The position numbers were made by a program, and so were the translations under genes. DNA of 64,000 nt, from assembly GCA_028826165.1 (NCBI GenBank), contig JAPDFW010000070.1, positions 1,550,001-1,614,000 on the forward strand, written 5' to 3'. This DNA comes from Anaeramoeba ignava BMAN. Taxonomy: Eukaryota > Protista > Anaeramoebae. This document shows, in pieces, positions 17,931-30,544 of this stretch (positions within the stretch are counted from its first letter, which is position 1; each line of letters starts with the position of its first letter). The notes under the pieces are model-generated. The model did no database searches, had not been told where the DNA came from, and saw only the letters and a list, made by a program, of their open reading frames with translations.

Positions 17931-17976
17931 CCAAAAATCCAAAAATCATTTTTTTTCATTTTTTTTCTTTTTGAAA

Positions 17977-19664
17977 ATGAATGATTGTTTATTTTTTGGT
18001 TCAAATTATTCACCAAAATTTATCAAAAACAAACCAAATATAATAACAAAACCAATTCAATTTAAATTTGAAAATGAAAATGAAAATGAAAATGAAAATG
18101 AAAAACAAATTAAACAAATTTCATCAGAATTTTTCAACAATTTTCCTTTTTAAAAATGGAAAAGCAATAGAATATTCAAATGAAGATGATTTAAATCAAA
18201 ATCCTCAAAAAATCCAAATTGAAAATATTCAAAAAGTAACTGTTGGTTTTCGAAATGAAGCTATTTTAACAATAGAAGGAAATGTATTTGCCAAAGGAAA
18301 ATATATTAATCCAAATAACCCAAAAGAATTTATCAATATTTCATCATTAATTGAAGATAAAAATGATAGAATAATTCAAGATGTTGTTTCTGGAGACAGT
18401 TCAATTTACTTATTAACTTCAAATCAAAATGTTTATGGAATTGGTTCAAATGAATATGGTCAACTTGGTTTTGATTCTAAAACACTTAAAGAAACACAAA
18501 AACCAATTTTAATGATGAAAAATGTTTCTAAAATATTTTCAGGAAATTCTTCATATCATGTTTTTCTTTTAAATTCAAATCAAGAATTATTTGGATGTGG
18601 TAATAATAGATGGGGTCAACTTGGATTAACCAAAATCCAAAATATTCCAAAAGGTAAAATAATTGATATTCAATGTGGATATGGTCATTCAATAATGATG
18701 ATTGAAAATGAAAATCAAAATCCAAAAAGAAAACTTTATTCATGTGGATATTGGGAATTTACTGAAATCAAATCATCTTTATTTGAAAATGATGATATTA
18801 TTCTTGAAATTTCTGTTGGTGGAAATACTCATGCTTTGATTTTAACATCCAAATCAAAACTAATAGGATTTGAAGATAATGCTTTTAGTCAATTAGGAAC
18901 TGGAGATATAAATGATCCATCAATTCCAATTCAAATTGAACTTCCTAAATTAAGATTTAATGAAGATATTTCTAATTATCATATTTCTTGTGGAGCCTTC
19001 TTTTTCCAATCTTGAAGAAGATTTGATAAAATTATTTGAAAGAAAAGAATTTTGTGATATTTCATTTAAAACAGAAAATGGAGAAATAATCAAAGCTCAT
19101 AAATTAATATTGAAATATAGATTAAATCAAAATCAAAATCAAATTGAAAAACTTCAAAAAATTATTTCAAAAAAATCAATTAAAGAATCAAATCAAATAT
19201 TTGAAATGATTTATTCAAACAATTCCAAAATAAATCCAAAATTATATTCTGAAATTAAAGAAATTATAAATTCAAATGAAAAAATTGAAGAAACAATGAA
19301 AAGAATTTATTTAAATGAAAATGAAAATGAAAATGAAAAAGATTTTATAATTGAAAGAAAAGAAAAACAATATAAATTTCCAAAATTAATATTAATAATG
19401 AGAAGTGAATTATATCGAGGAATGTTTTTATCTGTAACAGAAGATAAATCTAATAAAGTTACAGATTATAGTGAATTAAGTAATAAATCATTTCAAATAT
19501 TTGAATATTGGATTTATTCAAATCAAATTAAAGATGAAATTCAAATTACACAAGAAATAATTGATGAAATTCAAATTGGAATTGATTATTTTCAATTAAA
19601 TCAAACAAATCCAAATTTATTTGATTTATTAATTAACAAATTTAATAATCAAAATCAAAATTAA
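17977..19664 (+). CDS. RCC1-repeat + BTB protein, copy 2 (frameshifts near 18125 and 18995)
   Basis: Near-identical to copy 1 across three ORF fragments. Confidence 0.82.
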
Positions 19665-19896
19665 AATTAAAATTAAAATTAAAATTAAAATTAAAATTAA
19701 AATCAAAATTAAAATTAAAATTAAAATTAAAATTAAAATTAAAATTAAAATTAAAAATTAAAATTAAAATTAAAATTAAAATTAAAATTAAAATTAAAAA
19801 TTAAAATTAAAATTAAAATTAAAATTAAAATTAAAATTAAAATCAAAATTAAATTCATTTTTTTCATTTTTTTCATTTTTAAATTTTTAAATAAAA

Positions 19897-21371
19897 ATGG
19901 AAACTTATTTAAATTTAGAAAAACTTTCAAATGATTTAAAAAATTTATTTCAAAATCAAAATCAAAATGAAAATGAAGAAAGTTATTTTGATTTTGAAAT
20001 AATTTGTGAACAAAATAAAATTTCATTTAAAACTCATAAATCAATTCTTTCTTCAAGAAGTGAATATTTTAAAACACTTTTTAAATCTAAAATGAAAGAA
20101 TATCAAGAAAATAAATTAATTTTAAAAGATGTTTCAAGTTCAATTCTATTTTCAATTTTGAATTATTTTTATTCAGGAAAAATTGAAATTAATTTAGAAA
20201 ATGCAATTCAAATTTTAATTTTTTCATCAAAATATTTAATTGATGATTTAATTAAAATTTCTTCAAATTTTATCAAAAAGAATTTACAAATTGAAACTAT
20301 TATTGATGTTCTTAAATTATCCGAATCAATGAAAATAAATGAATTATTAGAATCTTGTTATCAATTTATTTCGAAAATCTTAAAAAATTTATTAAAACTT
20401 CATTTTTTCTTGAACTTGAAGAAAATCATTTAAATTTAATATTATCAAATGATAATATTTTAATAAATGAATTTAAAATATTTCAATCAATAATAAAATG
20501 GGGAAAACATAAATCAAATATTAATCAAATAAAAGAAAATGAAAAACTTGAAAAAGAAGAAAAAGAAAAAATTCAAAATCAAATTTCAAATATTATTCAA
20601 AAAATCAGATTTATTGATTTTTCTAAAAAAGAACTTACAGATACTTTGAAACAAAATTTAATTCCAAATCAAATTTCACAAAAATTAAATAATTTACTTA
20701 AATTAAAAACTAATAGAAACAAAAAAGAAATAAAAGAATTAATTAAAAAAGAAAAATCAAAATCAAACATTTTCAAAACAAGATTTCATTTTGAATCAAC
20801 AATTATTAAAAAAGTTGAACATTACAATAAATTAAAAAAATGGATAAATGATGATAAATTCTTTTCCAAAATGAAATTAAGATATTCAGCAAAAATAGAT
20901 GGATTTGATTGTAAAAAATGGCATGATAGATGTGATAATCAAGGAAAAACATTAATTATTATCAAAACAAAAGATAATTTTATTTTTGGAGGATTTACTC
21001 AAGTTGGATTTTCAACTGATAAATCAAAATGGAGTTATCTTTCTCCTTTTTCTTCTAAAGGAGGTTGGATTAAAGATTCAAATGCATTTATTTTTTCATT
21101 AAGAAATGATAAGAATGATAGAAAATCAGAGAAATTTTCAATTCAAGAAGGAAAAGAAAAAGTTGCAATTTTTTATAGTGAAAAAGAAGGACCAATTTTT
21201 GGAGGAAGTGGTTATGATTTGTATTTAAATTCTGAATTGCAACCTGGTTATACCTTCTTTGGTTCTACTTATATTCTCCCTCAAGGTATTTCCAACAAGG
21301 AACAATCTCAAAGTTATTTGGCTGGTTCTTTATATAATTGGGAAGTTGATGAACTTGAAACATTTTTTTAA
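19897..21371 (+). CDS. BTB-BACK-TLDc protein, copy 1 (frameshift near 20370)
   Basis: FKTHKSILSSRSEYF BTB, BACK-like helices (IFQSIIKWG, IRF), TLDc (DGFDCKKWHDRCD, IFGGFT, AFIFSL, GPIFG, EVDELETF). Confidence 0.88.
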
Positions 21372-21688
21372 AATTCAATTTTCTTTCTTTTTTCTTTTTC
21401 AAAATATTTTCATTTCATTTTCCAAATTAAAATTAAAATTAAATCAATATTTTTATTTGATTAAAAAAAATAAAGAATAAAAAAAAAGTGGAACATATTA
21501 ATTTCATTTATTAAAATTAAAATTAAAATCAAAATTAAAATTAAAATTAAAATTTAAATCAAAATTAAAATTCAAAATCAAAATTAAAATTAAAATTAAA
21601 ATTAAAATTAAAATTAAAATTAAAATTAAAATCAAAATTAAAATTAAAATTCCAAAAATCATTTTTTTCATTTTTTTTCTTTTCAAAA

Positions 21689-23425
21689 ATGAATGATTGT
21701 TTATTTTTTGGTTCAAATCAAAATCCAATACTTATCAAAAATGAACCAAATAAAATAACAAAACCAATTCAATTTAAATTTGAAAATGAAAATGAAAATG
21801 AAAATGAAAATGAAAAACAAATTAAACAAATTTTATCAAATAAATTTTCAATAATTTTCCTTTTTAAAAATGGAAAAGCAATAGAATATTTAAGTGAAAA
21901 AGGTTCAAAACAAAATACTGAAAAAATCCAAATTGAAAATATTCAAAAAGTAACTGTTGGTCTTGAAAATGAAGCTATTTTAACAAAAGAAGGAAATGTA
22001 TTTGCCAAAGGAGAATATATTAATCCAGAAAATTCATATGAATTTATCAATGTTTCATCATTAATTGAAGATAAAATGATAGAATAATTCAAGATATTGT
22101 TTCTGGATGGGATTCAATTTACTTATTAACTTCAAATCAAAATGTTTATGGAATTGGTTCAAATGAATATGGTCAACTTGGTTTTGATTCTGAAACACTT
22201 AAAGAAACAGAAAAACCAATTTTAATGATGAAAAATGTTTCTAAAATATTTTCAGGAAATTCTTCAAATCATGTTTTTCTTTTAAATTCAAATCAAGAAT
22301 TATTTGGATGTGGATATAAATCATATGGTCAACTTGGATTAGGAGAATCAAGAAAGAAATAAAAATCCAAAAATTAACCAAAATCCAAAATATTCCAAAA
22401 GGCAAAATAATTGATATTCAATGTGGATTTGAACATTCAATAATGCTGATTGAAAATGAAAATGAAAATCCAAAAAGAAAACTTTATTCATGTGGAGATT
22501 ATAGATATACTGAAATCAAATCATCTTTATTTGAAAATGATGATATTATTCTTGATTTTTCTGGTGGAAATACTCATACTTTGATTTTAACATCAAAATC
22601 AAAACTAATAGGATTTGGAAATAATTTTTATGGTCAATTAGGAACTGGAAATACAGAAGAACATTTAATTCCAATTAGAATTAAACTTCCTAAATTAAGA
22701 TTTAATGAAGATATTTCTAATTATCATATTTCTTGTGGAGGATACAAATCATTTCTTTATTATTCTCTTTCTTTTTCCAATCTTGAAGAAGATTTGATAA
22801 AATTATTTAGAAGAAAAGAATTTTGTGATATTTCATTTAAAACAGAAAATGGAGAAATAATCAAAGCTCATAAATTAATATTGAAATATAGATTAAAAAA
22901 TCAAAATGAAATTGAAAAACTTCAAGAAATTATTTCAAAAAAATCAATTAAAGAATCAAATCAAATATTTGAAATGATTTATTCAAACAGAATAATAAAT
23001 CCAAAATTATATTCTGAAATTAAAGAAATTATAAATTCAAATGAAAAAATTGAAGAAACAATGAAAAGAATTTATTTAAATGAAAATGAAAATGAAAATG
23101 AAAAAGATTTTATAATTGAAAGAAAAGAAAAACAATATAAATTTCCAAAATTAATATTAATAATGAGAAGTGAATTATATCGAGGAATGTTTTTATCTGT
23201 AACAGAAGATAAATCTAATAAAGTTACAGATTATAGTGAATTAAGTAATAAATCATTTCAAATATTTGAATATTGGATTTATTCAAATCAAATTAAAGAA
23301 ATTCAAATTACACAAGAAATAATTAATGAAATTAAAATTGAATTGATTATTTTCAATTAAATCAAACAAATCCAAATTTATTTGATTTATTAATTAACAA
23401 ATTTAATAATCAAAACCAAAATCAA
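21689..23425 (+). CDS. RCC1-repeat + BTB protein, copy 3 (several frameshifts, end approximate)
   Basis: Colinear paralog of copies 1 and 2. Confidence 0.78.
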
Positions 23426-23665
23426 AAATCAAAATTAAAATTAAAATTAAAATTAAAAATAAAATTAAAATTAAAATTAAAATTAAAATTAAAATTAAAA
23501 TTAAAATTAAAATTAAAATTAAAATTAAAATTAAAATTAAAATTAAAATTAAAATTAAAATTAAAATTAAAATTAAAATTAAAATTAAAAATCAAAATTA
23601 AAATTAAAATTAAAATTAAAATTAAAAATCCAAAATCATTTTTTTCATTTTTTTTCTTTTCAAAA

Positions 23666-25375
23666 ATGAATGATTGTTTATTTTTTGGTTCAAATAAAAA
23701 AACCAATTCAATTTAAATTTGAAAATGAAAATGAAAATGAAAATGAAAAACAAATTAAACAAATTTCAACAGGAAATTTTTCAACAATTTTCCTTTTTAA
23801 AAATGGAAAAGCAATAGAATATTCAAATGAAGACGATTTAAATCAAAATACTGAAAAAATCCAAATTGAAAATATTCAAAAAGTAACTGTTGGTTATGAA
23901 AATGAAGCTATTTTAACAAAAGAAGGAAATGTATTTGCCAAAGGAAAATATATTAATCCAAAAACCCAAAAGAATTTATCAATATTTCATCATTAATTGA
24001 AGATAAAAATGATAGAATAATTCAAGATGTTGTTTCTGGACACAGTTCAATTTACTTATTAACTTCAAATCAAAATGTTTATGGAATTGGTTCAAATAAA
24101 TATGGTCAACTTGGTTTTGATTCTGAAACACTTAAAGAAACAGAAAAACCAATTTTAATGATGAAAAATGTTTCTAAAATATTTTCAGGAAATTCTTCAT
24201 ATCATGTTTTTCTTTTAAATTCAAACCAAGAATTATTTGGATGTGGTAATAATAGTGGTCAACTTGGATTAGGAAAATCAAGAAGAAAAGAAACCAAAAT
24301 CAAAAAATTAACCAAAATCCAAAATATTCCAAAAGGTAAAATAATTGATATTCAATGTGGATATGCTTATTCAATAATGATGATTGAAAATGAAAATCAA
24401 AATCCAAAAAGAAAACTTTATTCATGTGGATATTGGAATTTACTGAAATCAAATCATCTTTATTTGAAAATGATGATAATATTCTTGATTTTTCTGTTGG
24501 TGGATATACTCATACTTTGATTTTAACATCAAAATCAAAACTAATAGGATTTGGAAATAATGATTTTGGTCAATTAGGAACTGGAGATACAAAATATCAA
24601 TTAATTCCAATTCAAATTGAACTTCCTAAATTAAGATTTAATGAAGATATTTCTAATTATCATATTTCTTGTGGAGGATTCAAATCATTTCTTTATTATT
24701 CTCCTTCTTTTTCCAATCTTGAAGAAGATTTGATAAAATTATTTGAAAGAAAAGAATTTTGTAATATTTCATTTAAAACAGAAAATGGAGAAATAATCAA
24801 AGCTCATAAATTAATATTGAAATATAGATTAAATCAAAATCAAAATGAAATTGAAAAACTTCAAGAAATTATTTCAAAAAAATCAATTAAAGAATCAAAT
24901 CAAATATTTGAAATGATTTATTCAAACAGAATAATAAATCCAAAATTATATTCTGAAATTAAAGAAATTATAAATTCAAATGAAAAAATTGAAGAAACAA
25001 TGAAAAGAATTTATTTAAATGAAAATGAAAATGAAAATGAAAAAGATTTTATAATTGAAAGAAAAGAAAAACAATATAAATTTCCCAAAATTAATATTAA
25101 TAATGAGAAGTGAATTATATCGAGGAATGTTTTTATCTGTAACAGAAGATAAATCTAATAAAGTTACAGATTATAGTGAATTAAGTAATAAATCATTTCA
25201 AATATTTGAATATTGGATTTATTCAAATCAAATTAAAGATGGAATTAAAATTACAAAAGAAATCATTGATGAAATTGAAATTGGAATTGATTATTTTCAA
25301 TTAAATCAAACAAATCCAAATTTATTTGATTTATTAATTAACAAATTTCAAAATCAAAATCAAAATCAAAATTAA
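23666..25375 (+). CDS. RCC1-repeat + BTB protein, copy 4 (several frameshifts)
   Basis: Colinear paralog; ATG AAT GAT TGT at 23666. Confidence 0.78.
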
Positions 25376-25632
25376 AATTAAAATTAAAATTAAAATTAAA
25401 ATCAAAATTAAAATTAAAATTAAAATTAAAATTAAAATCAAAATTAAAATTAAAATCAAAATTAAAATTAAAATTAAAATTAAAATTAAAATTAAAATTA
25501 AAATTAAAATTAAAATTCAAAATTAAAATCAAAATTAAAATTAAAATTAAAAATTAAAATTAAAATTAAAATTAAAATCAAAATTAAATTCATTTTTTTC
25601 ATTTTTTCAAATTTTTAAATTTTTAAATAAAA

Positions 25633-27100
25633 ATGGAAACTTATTTAAATTTAGAAAAACTTTCAAATGATTTAAAAAATTTATTTCAAAATCAAAATCA
25701 AAATGAAAATGAAGAAGAAAGTTATTTTGATTTTGAAATAATTTGTGAACAAAATAAAATTTCATTTAAAACTCATAAATCAATTCTTTCTTCAAGAAGT
25801 GAATATTTTAAAACTCTTTTTAAATCTAAAATGAAAGAATATCAAGAAAATAAATTAATTTTAAAAGATGTTTCAAGTTCAATTCTATTTTCAATTTTGA
25901 ATTATTTTTATTCAGGAAAAATTGAAATTAATTTAGAAAATGCAATTCAAATTTTAATTTTTTCATCAAAATATTTAATTGATGATTTAATTCAAATTTG
26001 TTCAAAATTTATCAAAAAGAATTTACAAATTGAAACTATTATTGATGTTATTAAATTATCTGAATCAATGAAAATAAATAAATTATTAGAATCTTGTTAT
26101 AAATTTATTTTGAAAAATTTTAAAAAATTTATTAAAACTTCATTTTTTCTTGAACTTGAAGAAAATCATTTAAATTCAATTTTATCAAATGATTATAATT
26201 TAATAAATGAATTTAAAATATTTCAATCAATAATAAAATGGGGAAAACATAAATCAAATATTAATCAAATAAAAGAAAATGAAAAACTTGAAAAAGAAGA
26301 AAAAGAAAAAATTCAAGATCAAATTTCAAATATTATTCAAAAAATCAGATTTATTGATTTTTCTAAAAAAGAACTTACAGATACTTTGAAACAAAATTTA
26401 ATTCCAAATCAAATTTCACAAAAATTAAATAATTTACTTAAATTAAAAACTAATAAAAACAAAAGAAATAAAAGAATTAATTGAAAAAGAAAAATCAAAA
26501 TCAAACATTTTCAAAACAAGATTTCATTTTAAATCAACAATTATTAAAAAAGTTGAACATTACAATAAATTAAAAAAATGGATAAATGATGATAAATTCT
26601 TTTCCAATTTAATATTAATATATTCAGCAAAAATAGATGGATTTGATTGTAGAAAATGGCATGATAGATGTGATAATCAAGAAAATTTATTAGTTCTTAT
26701 TAAAACAAAAGATAATTTTATTTTTGGAGGATTTACTCAAGTTGGATTTACAACTGATAAATCAGAATGGGAGAATGATCGAGGATATGGTTGGGGAAAT
26801 ATTCCTGATCCAAATGCATTTATTTTTCATTAAGAAATGATAAAAACAATCGAAAACCAAAAAAATTCCCTGTTAATGAAGGTGATGAAGAAATTGCTCT
26901 TAGTTATGATCCAGATTGGGGTCCAAGTTTTGGAGATGAAGATATTTATTTAAATCGTACATTAACATCAGGTACTTCCAAATTGGGTTGTAGTTACAAA
27001 TTTGCCTAAAGGAATTAAATCTAGAACAAATGAAGCTAAAAGTTATTTAGCTGGTTCTTATGATAAATGGGAAGTTGATGAACTTGAAACATTTTTTTAA
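25633..27100 (+). CDS. BTB-BACK-TLDc protein, copy 2 (frameshifts near 26462, 26828, 27001)
   Basis: ORF 25633-26484 plus hand-translated TLDc downstream ending WEVDELETFF*. Confidence 0.82.
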
Positions 27101-27616
27101 AATTCAATTTTCTTTCTTTTTTCTTTTTCAAAATATTTTCATTTCATTTTCCAAATTAAAATTAAAATTAAATCAATATTTTTATTTGATTAAAAAAAAT
27201 AAAGAATAAAATGAAATTTGAGAAATAATTCTAAAATATTTCTTTTAAGAATTCAAATATAATATCAATTTCAAATTTAAATCAAATTTAATATTAATTT
27301 TGAAAAGAAAAATAAAAACAAAAAAAGTCGTCCACTTTGAAGCAAAAAAAAAAATGGATAAAAAAAATAAGTTGTCGAATTTTATTAATTATCAAAAAAA
27401 TTTTTTTTTTCTTCACTTTTCTTTTTTTTTTTTTTTTGAATATTAATTAATTTAAAACAAATTTCCTTTCTAAAATTACTTTCTTTCTTATTTTCTTTAA
27501 AATCCACTTTTTGAAAAACTTATCATTTTCTTTTTTTTTTTCTTTAATTTAAACAAACAAAAAGAATCCCAAAAAATCAAAATAAAAGAAACAAAAAAGA
27601 AAAAAGAAAAAAGAAA

Positions 27617-28756
27617 ATGATTACAAGAGATGATATTTTCGAAAGTTTATTTGAAGGATTTTCTGATCTATCAACTCTATTAAATAATAATTTAAGAGAA
27701 GAAATTCGTTCTTCTTTACAAGAAAAAAGAGAAGAATTTTATTTCTCTTCAATTCAATCTCCAAATCAAATAAATCCAAATCAAATAAATCCAAATAAAA
27801 TAAATCCAAATCAAATAAATAAAATAAATCAAATAAATCCAAATCAAGTAAATTCAAATCAAATAAATCCAAATCAAATAAATCAAATAAATCAAATAAA
27901 TCAAAGAAATAAAATAAATCAAATAAATTCAAATCAAATAAATCCAAATCAAATAAATCCAAATCAAAGAAATAAAATAAATTCAAATCAAATAAATCCA
28001 AATCAAAGAAATAAAATAAATAAAATAAATCAAATAAATCCAAATAAAATAAATTCAAATCAAATAAATTCAAATCAAATAAATTCAAATCAAATAAATT
28101 CAAATCAAAGAAATCCAAATCAAATAAATTCAAATCAAAGAAATCAAAGAAATCAAATAAATAAAATAAATCAAATAAATTCAAATCAAATAAATCCAAA
28201 TCAAATAAATAAAATAAATCAAAAAATAAATCAAATAAATCAAATAAATCAAATAAATCAAATAAATCCAAATCAAATAAATCAAAGAACAAAAAGAAAA
28301 TATTTAAATGAAAATGAATCAAGTGAATCAAATGAAAATGAATCAAGTGAATCAAATGAAAATGAATCAAATGAAAATATATCAAGTCAAACTGAATCAA
28401 ATCAATCAAGTCAAATTCATCAACAACAAATCAAAAAACAGAAAATTAAAAGAAGAACTCCAAAAATTGGATATAAAATTGATGAAATTGCTTCACAACA
28501 TCCAGAATGGTTTGAAGGTTGGGATCCAAATACTTACAAAAATTTTAAAGAAAAAGGAATTGTTCCAGATAGAATATTCATTAAAGATGAGGCAATTTTT
28601 CTTTTGGCAAATCTTGATCCTTCAAGCAAAAAAAAAACTGCAAAGTGGAAAAACAAAAGGAAAGTTGTGACTCAAATTCTTGCAAATGAGATGGAAATGG
28701 TAAATACAGAACATCCATTCAAAAGATATGGAATAGTTAGAGTTAAAAGAAAATAA
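27617..28756 (+). CDS. Hypothetical protein: N/Q/I-rich repeat region and basic C-terminal globular domain
   Basis: Intronless 379-aa ORF with complex N- and C-terminal segments; family not recognised. Confidence 0.7.
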   Translation: MITRDDIFESLFEGFSDLSTLLNNNLREEIRSSLQEKREEFYFSSIQSPNQINPNQINPNKINPNQINKINQINPNQVNSNQINPNQINQINQINQRNKINQINSNQINPNQINPNQRNKINSNQINPNQRNKINKINQINPNKINSNQINSNQINSNQINSNQRNPNQINSNQRNQRNQINKINQINSNQINPNQINKINQKINQINQINQINQINPNQINQRTKRKYLNENESSESNENESSESNENESNENISSQTESNQSSQIHQQQIKKQKIKRRTPKIGYKIDEIASQHPEWFEGWDPNTYKNFKEKGIVPDRIFIKDEAIFLLANLDPSSKKKTAKWKNKRKVVTQILANEMEMVNTEHPFKRYGIVRVKRK

Positions 28757-29001
28757 ATTCTTTCTTTCTTGATATTTTGCAATAATCATTTTGTTTTTTT
28801 TTTTGTTAATATGTTTATTTTGAAATTAATTTAATTTCTTTGTATTTTTTTGATTTTGATTTGGAGAAATTTTGAATAATTAAATTTTGGATCGTTCTTC
28901 TTTTTTATTTTGGAAAAAAATTTTTATTCTATTTGATCTTTTTGCTTTTTGTTTTTTGTGAGAAAAAAAAAAAAAGAAAAGAAAAGAAAATAAAAGAAAA
29001 T

Positions 29002-30468
29002 CTAATTTGAAATTTTAAGAATAATTTGCTTCACAGTTTGATCTGCAGAAGCTGTTAATAAGTTTTGTGAATCAAGCCAATCAATATCCAAAATTTTCTC
29101 TGAATTTCTTTTCAAAGTAAATAAGGGAATTTTAGTTCGAATATCCCAAATCTTAACTGAACCATCATAAGAACCTGAAGCAAAAACAAAATCAGAATTT
29201 GGTTTCCATTTAAGAGAACTTATCCAACTTGTATGACTTTTAAAAAGAGTTTTTATAACACAACTTTCTTCTGAATTTGATGGAATTCTGTTATCCCATA
29301 ATCTAATGATTCCATCACTATGTCCAGTAAGAAGAAGTTCTGATTCTTTGCGAGTTTGATTTTGATTTTGATTTTGATTTTGATTTGATTCAAAATTTAG
29401 ATAGGGATATTCATATTGATTATAATGTAAACAATGAATAGTGTTTTTTGAAAATGCTTCCCAAACAAGTGATTGTTTTTCTACATCCCATTTCTTTATT
29501 GTGTAATCATATGATGTTGTATAGATTGAAGATTGTGATGGCCAAATAGCGGCTGAAACAGCCTGAGTGTGTCCTCGTAAGGAAGCAATTGGGGTATTAT
29601 TTTCAATGATTTTGTTTTCATTTTGATTTTCATTTTGATTTTCTTCTTGATTTTCTTCTTGATTTTGATATTCATTTTTCTTATCGTTAATATCCCAAAT
29701 AAAACAAAGTGAATCATTTCCACAACTACAAAAAAGATTTCTTTTAGGATTCAAAGCAATATCATTAATTCCTTCAGAATGACCAATAAATTTTGTTAAA
29801 ATTGAATATGAGTTTAAATTTGAGGAAATTTTCCAAAGAATAATTTGCTCATCAAGTGAAGCACTAAGTAATAAATGATATTTTTGATTTGAGATATTTT
29901 CATTGAATTTAAGCCATTTAACAGATTTTATAGGCTTTGAATGATGGGATAAAATTAAAGAAGGTTGTTCTTGATTTTGATTTTGATTTTGATTCAAATT
30001 AACATGAATTGGTTTTTTTTCTTCAATTTCATTTCCCTTTAATTTATATAAACCACTTTTCCAAATTCTAACTAAATTATCATAACAACCAGTTGCAAAA
30101 ATATTGAAACTATTTTTTCCATCAACTGCACTAACCCAATCATCATGAAGAAATTGATTAAATTGTTTTGGCTGAGGCAAAGCTGGAACATATTCAAGTG
30201 TAACTTGTTTTTCACTTGATAAATTTTTTTCATCCAAAAATTGTTTTAATGAAGTTCTTAAAAATTCTTCATTTATTAAAAATTCAAAAGGAATCGGTTT
30301 TTCTTTTCCAAGTAAATGATTAATCACTTCTGAAAGTCCATATCTTGTTAAACTCACTGGGATTTCAAATGGTGTTTCGATAACTTGATATTCTTTGTAT
30401 TTTGTTGTGAAAATTACTTGTACTGTTTCTGTTTGTTTTTTTTCTTCTGTTTCGTTTTCTATTTCCAT
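29002..30468 (-). CDS. WDR12: Ribosome biogenesis protein WDR12/Ytm1
   Basis: N-terminal NLE/UBL domain (LSEVINHLL...PFEFLINEEFLRTSL...E....LEY), HDDWVSAV, and WD40 repeats (GHTQAVS, SGSYDGSVKIWDIR). Confidence 0.93.
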   Translation of the reverse strand: MEIENETEEKKQTETVQVIFTTKYKEYQVIETPFEIPVSLTRYGLSEVINHLLGKEKPIPFEFLINEEFLRTSLKQFLDEKNLSSEKQVTLEYVPALPQPKQFNQFLHDDWVSAVDGKNSFNIFATGCYDNLVRIWKSGLYKLKGNEIEEKKPIHVNLNQNQNQNQEQPSLILSHHSKPIKSVKWLKFNENISNQKYHLLLSASLDEQIILWKISSNLNSYSILTKFIGHSEGINDIALNPKRNLFCSCGNDSLCFIWDINDKKNEYQNQEENQEENQNENQNENKIIENNTPIASLRGHTQAVSAAIWPSQSSIYTTSYDYTIKKWDVEKQSLVWEAFSKNTIHCLHYNQYEYPYLNFESNQNQNQNQNQTRKESELLLTGHSDGIIRLWDNRIPSNSEESCVIKTLFKSHTSWISSLKWKPNSDFVFASGSYDGSVKIWDIRTKIPLFTLKRNSEKILDIDWLDSQNLLTASADQTVKQIILKISN

Positions 30469-30544
30469 TTTATTTTAATAAAAATGAAAAAAATGAAAAA
30501 AATGAAAAAATGAAAATTTATTTTTTTTTAATTTTTAAATAAAA

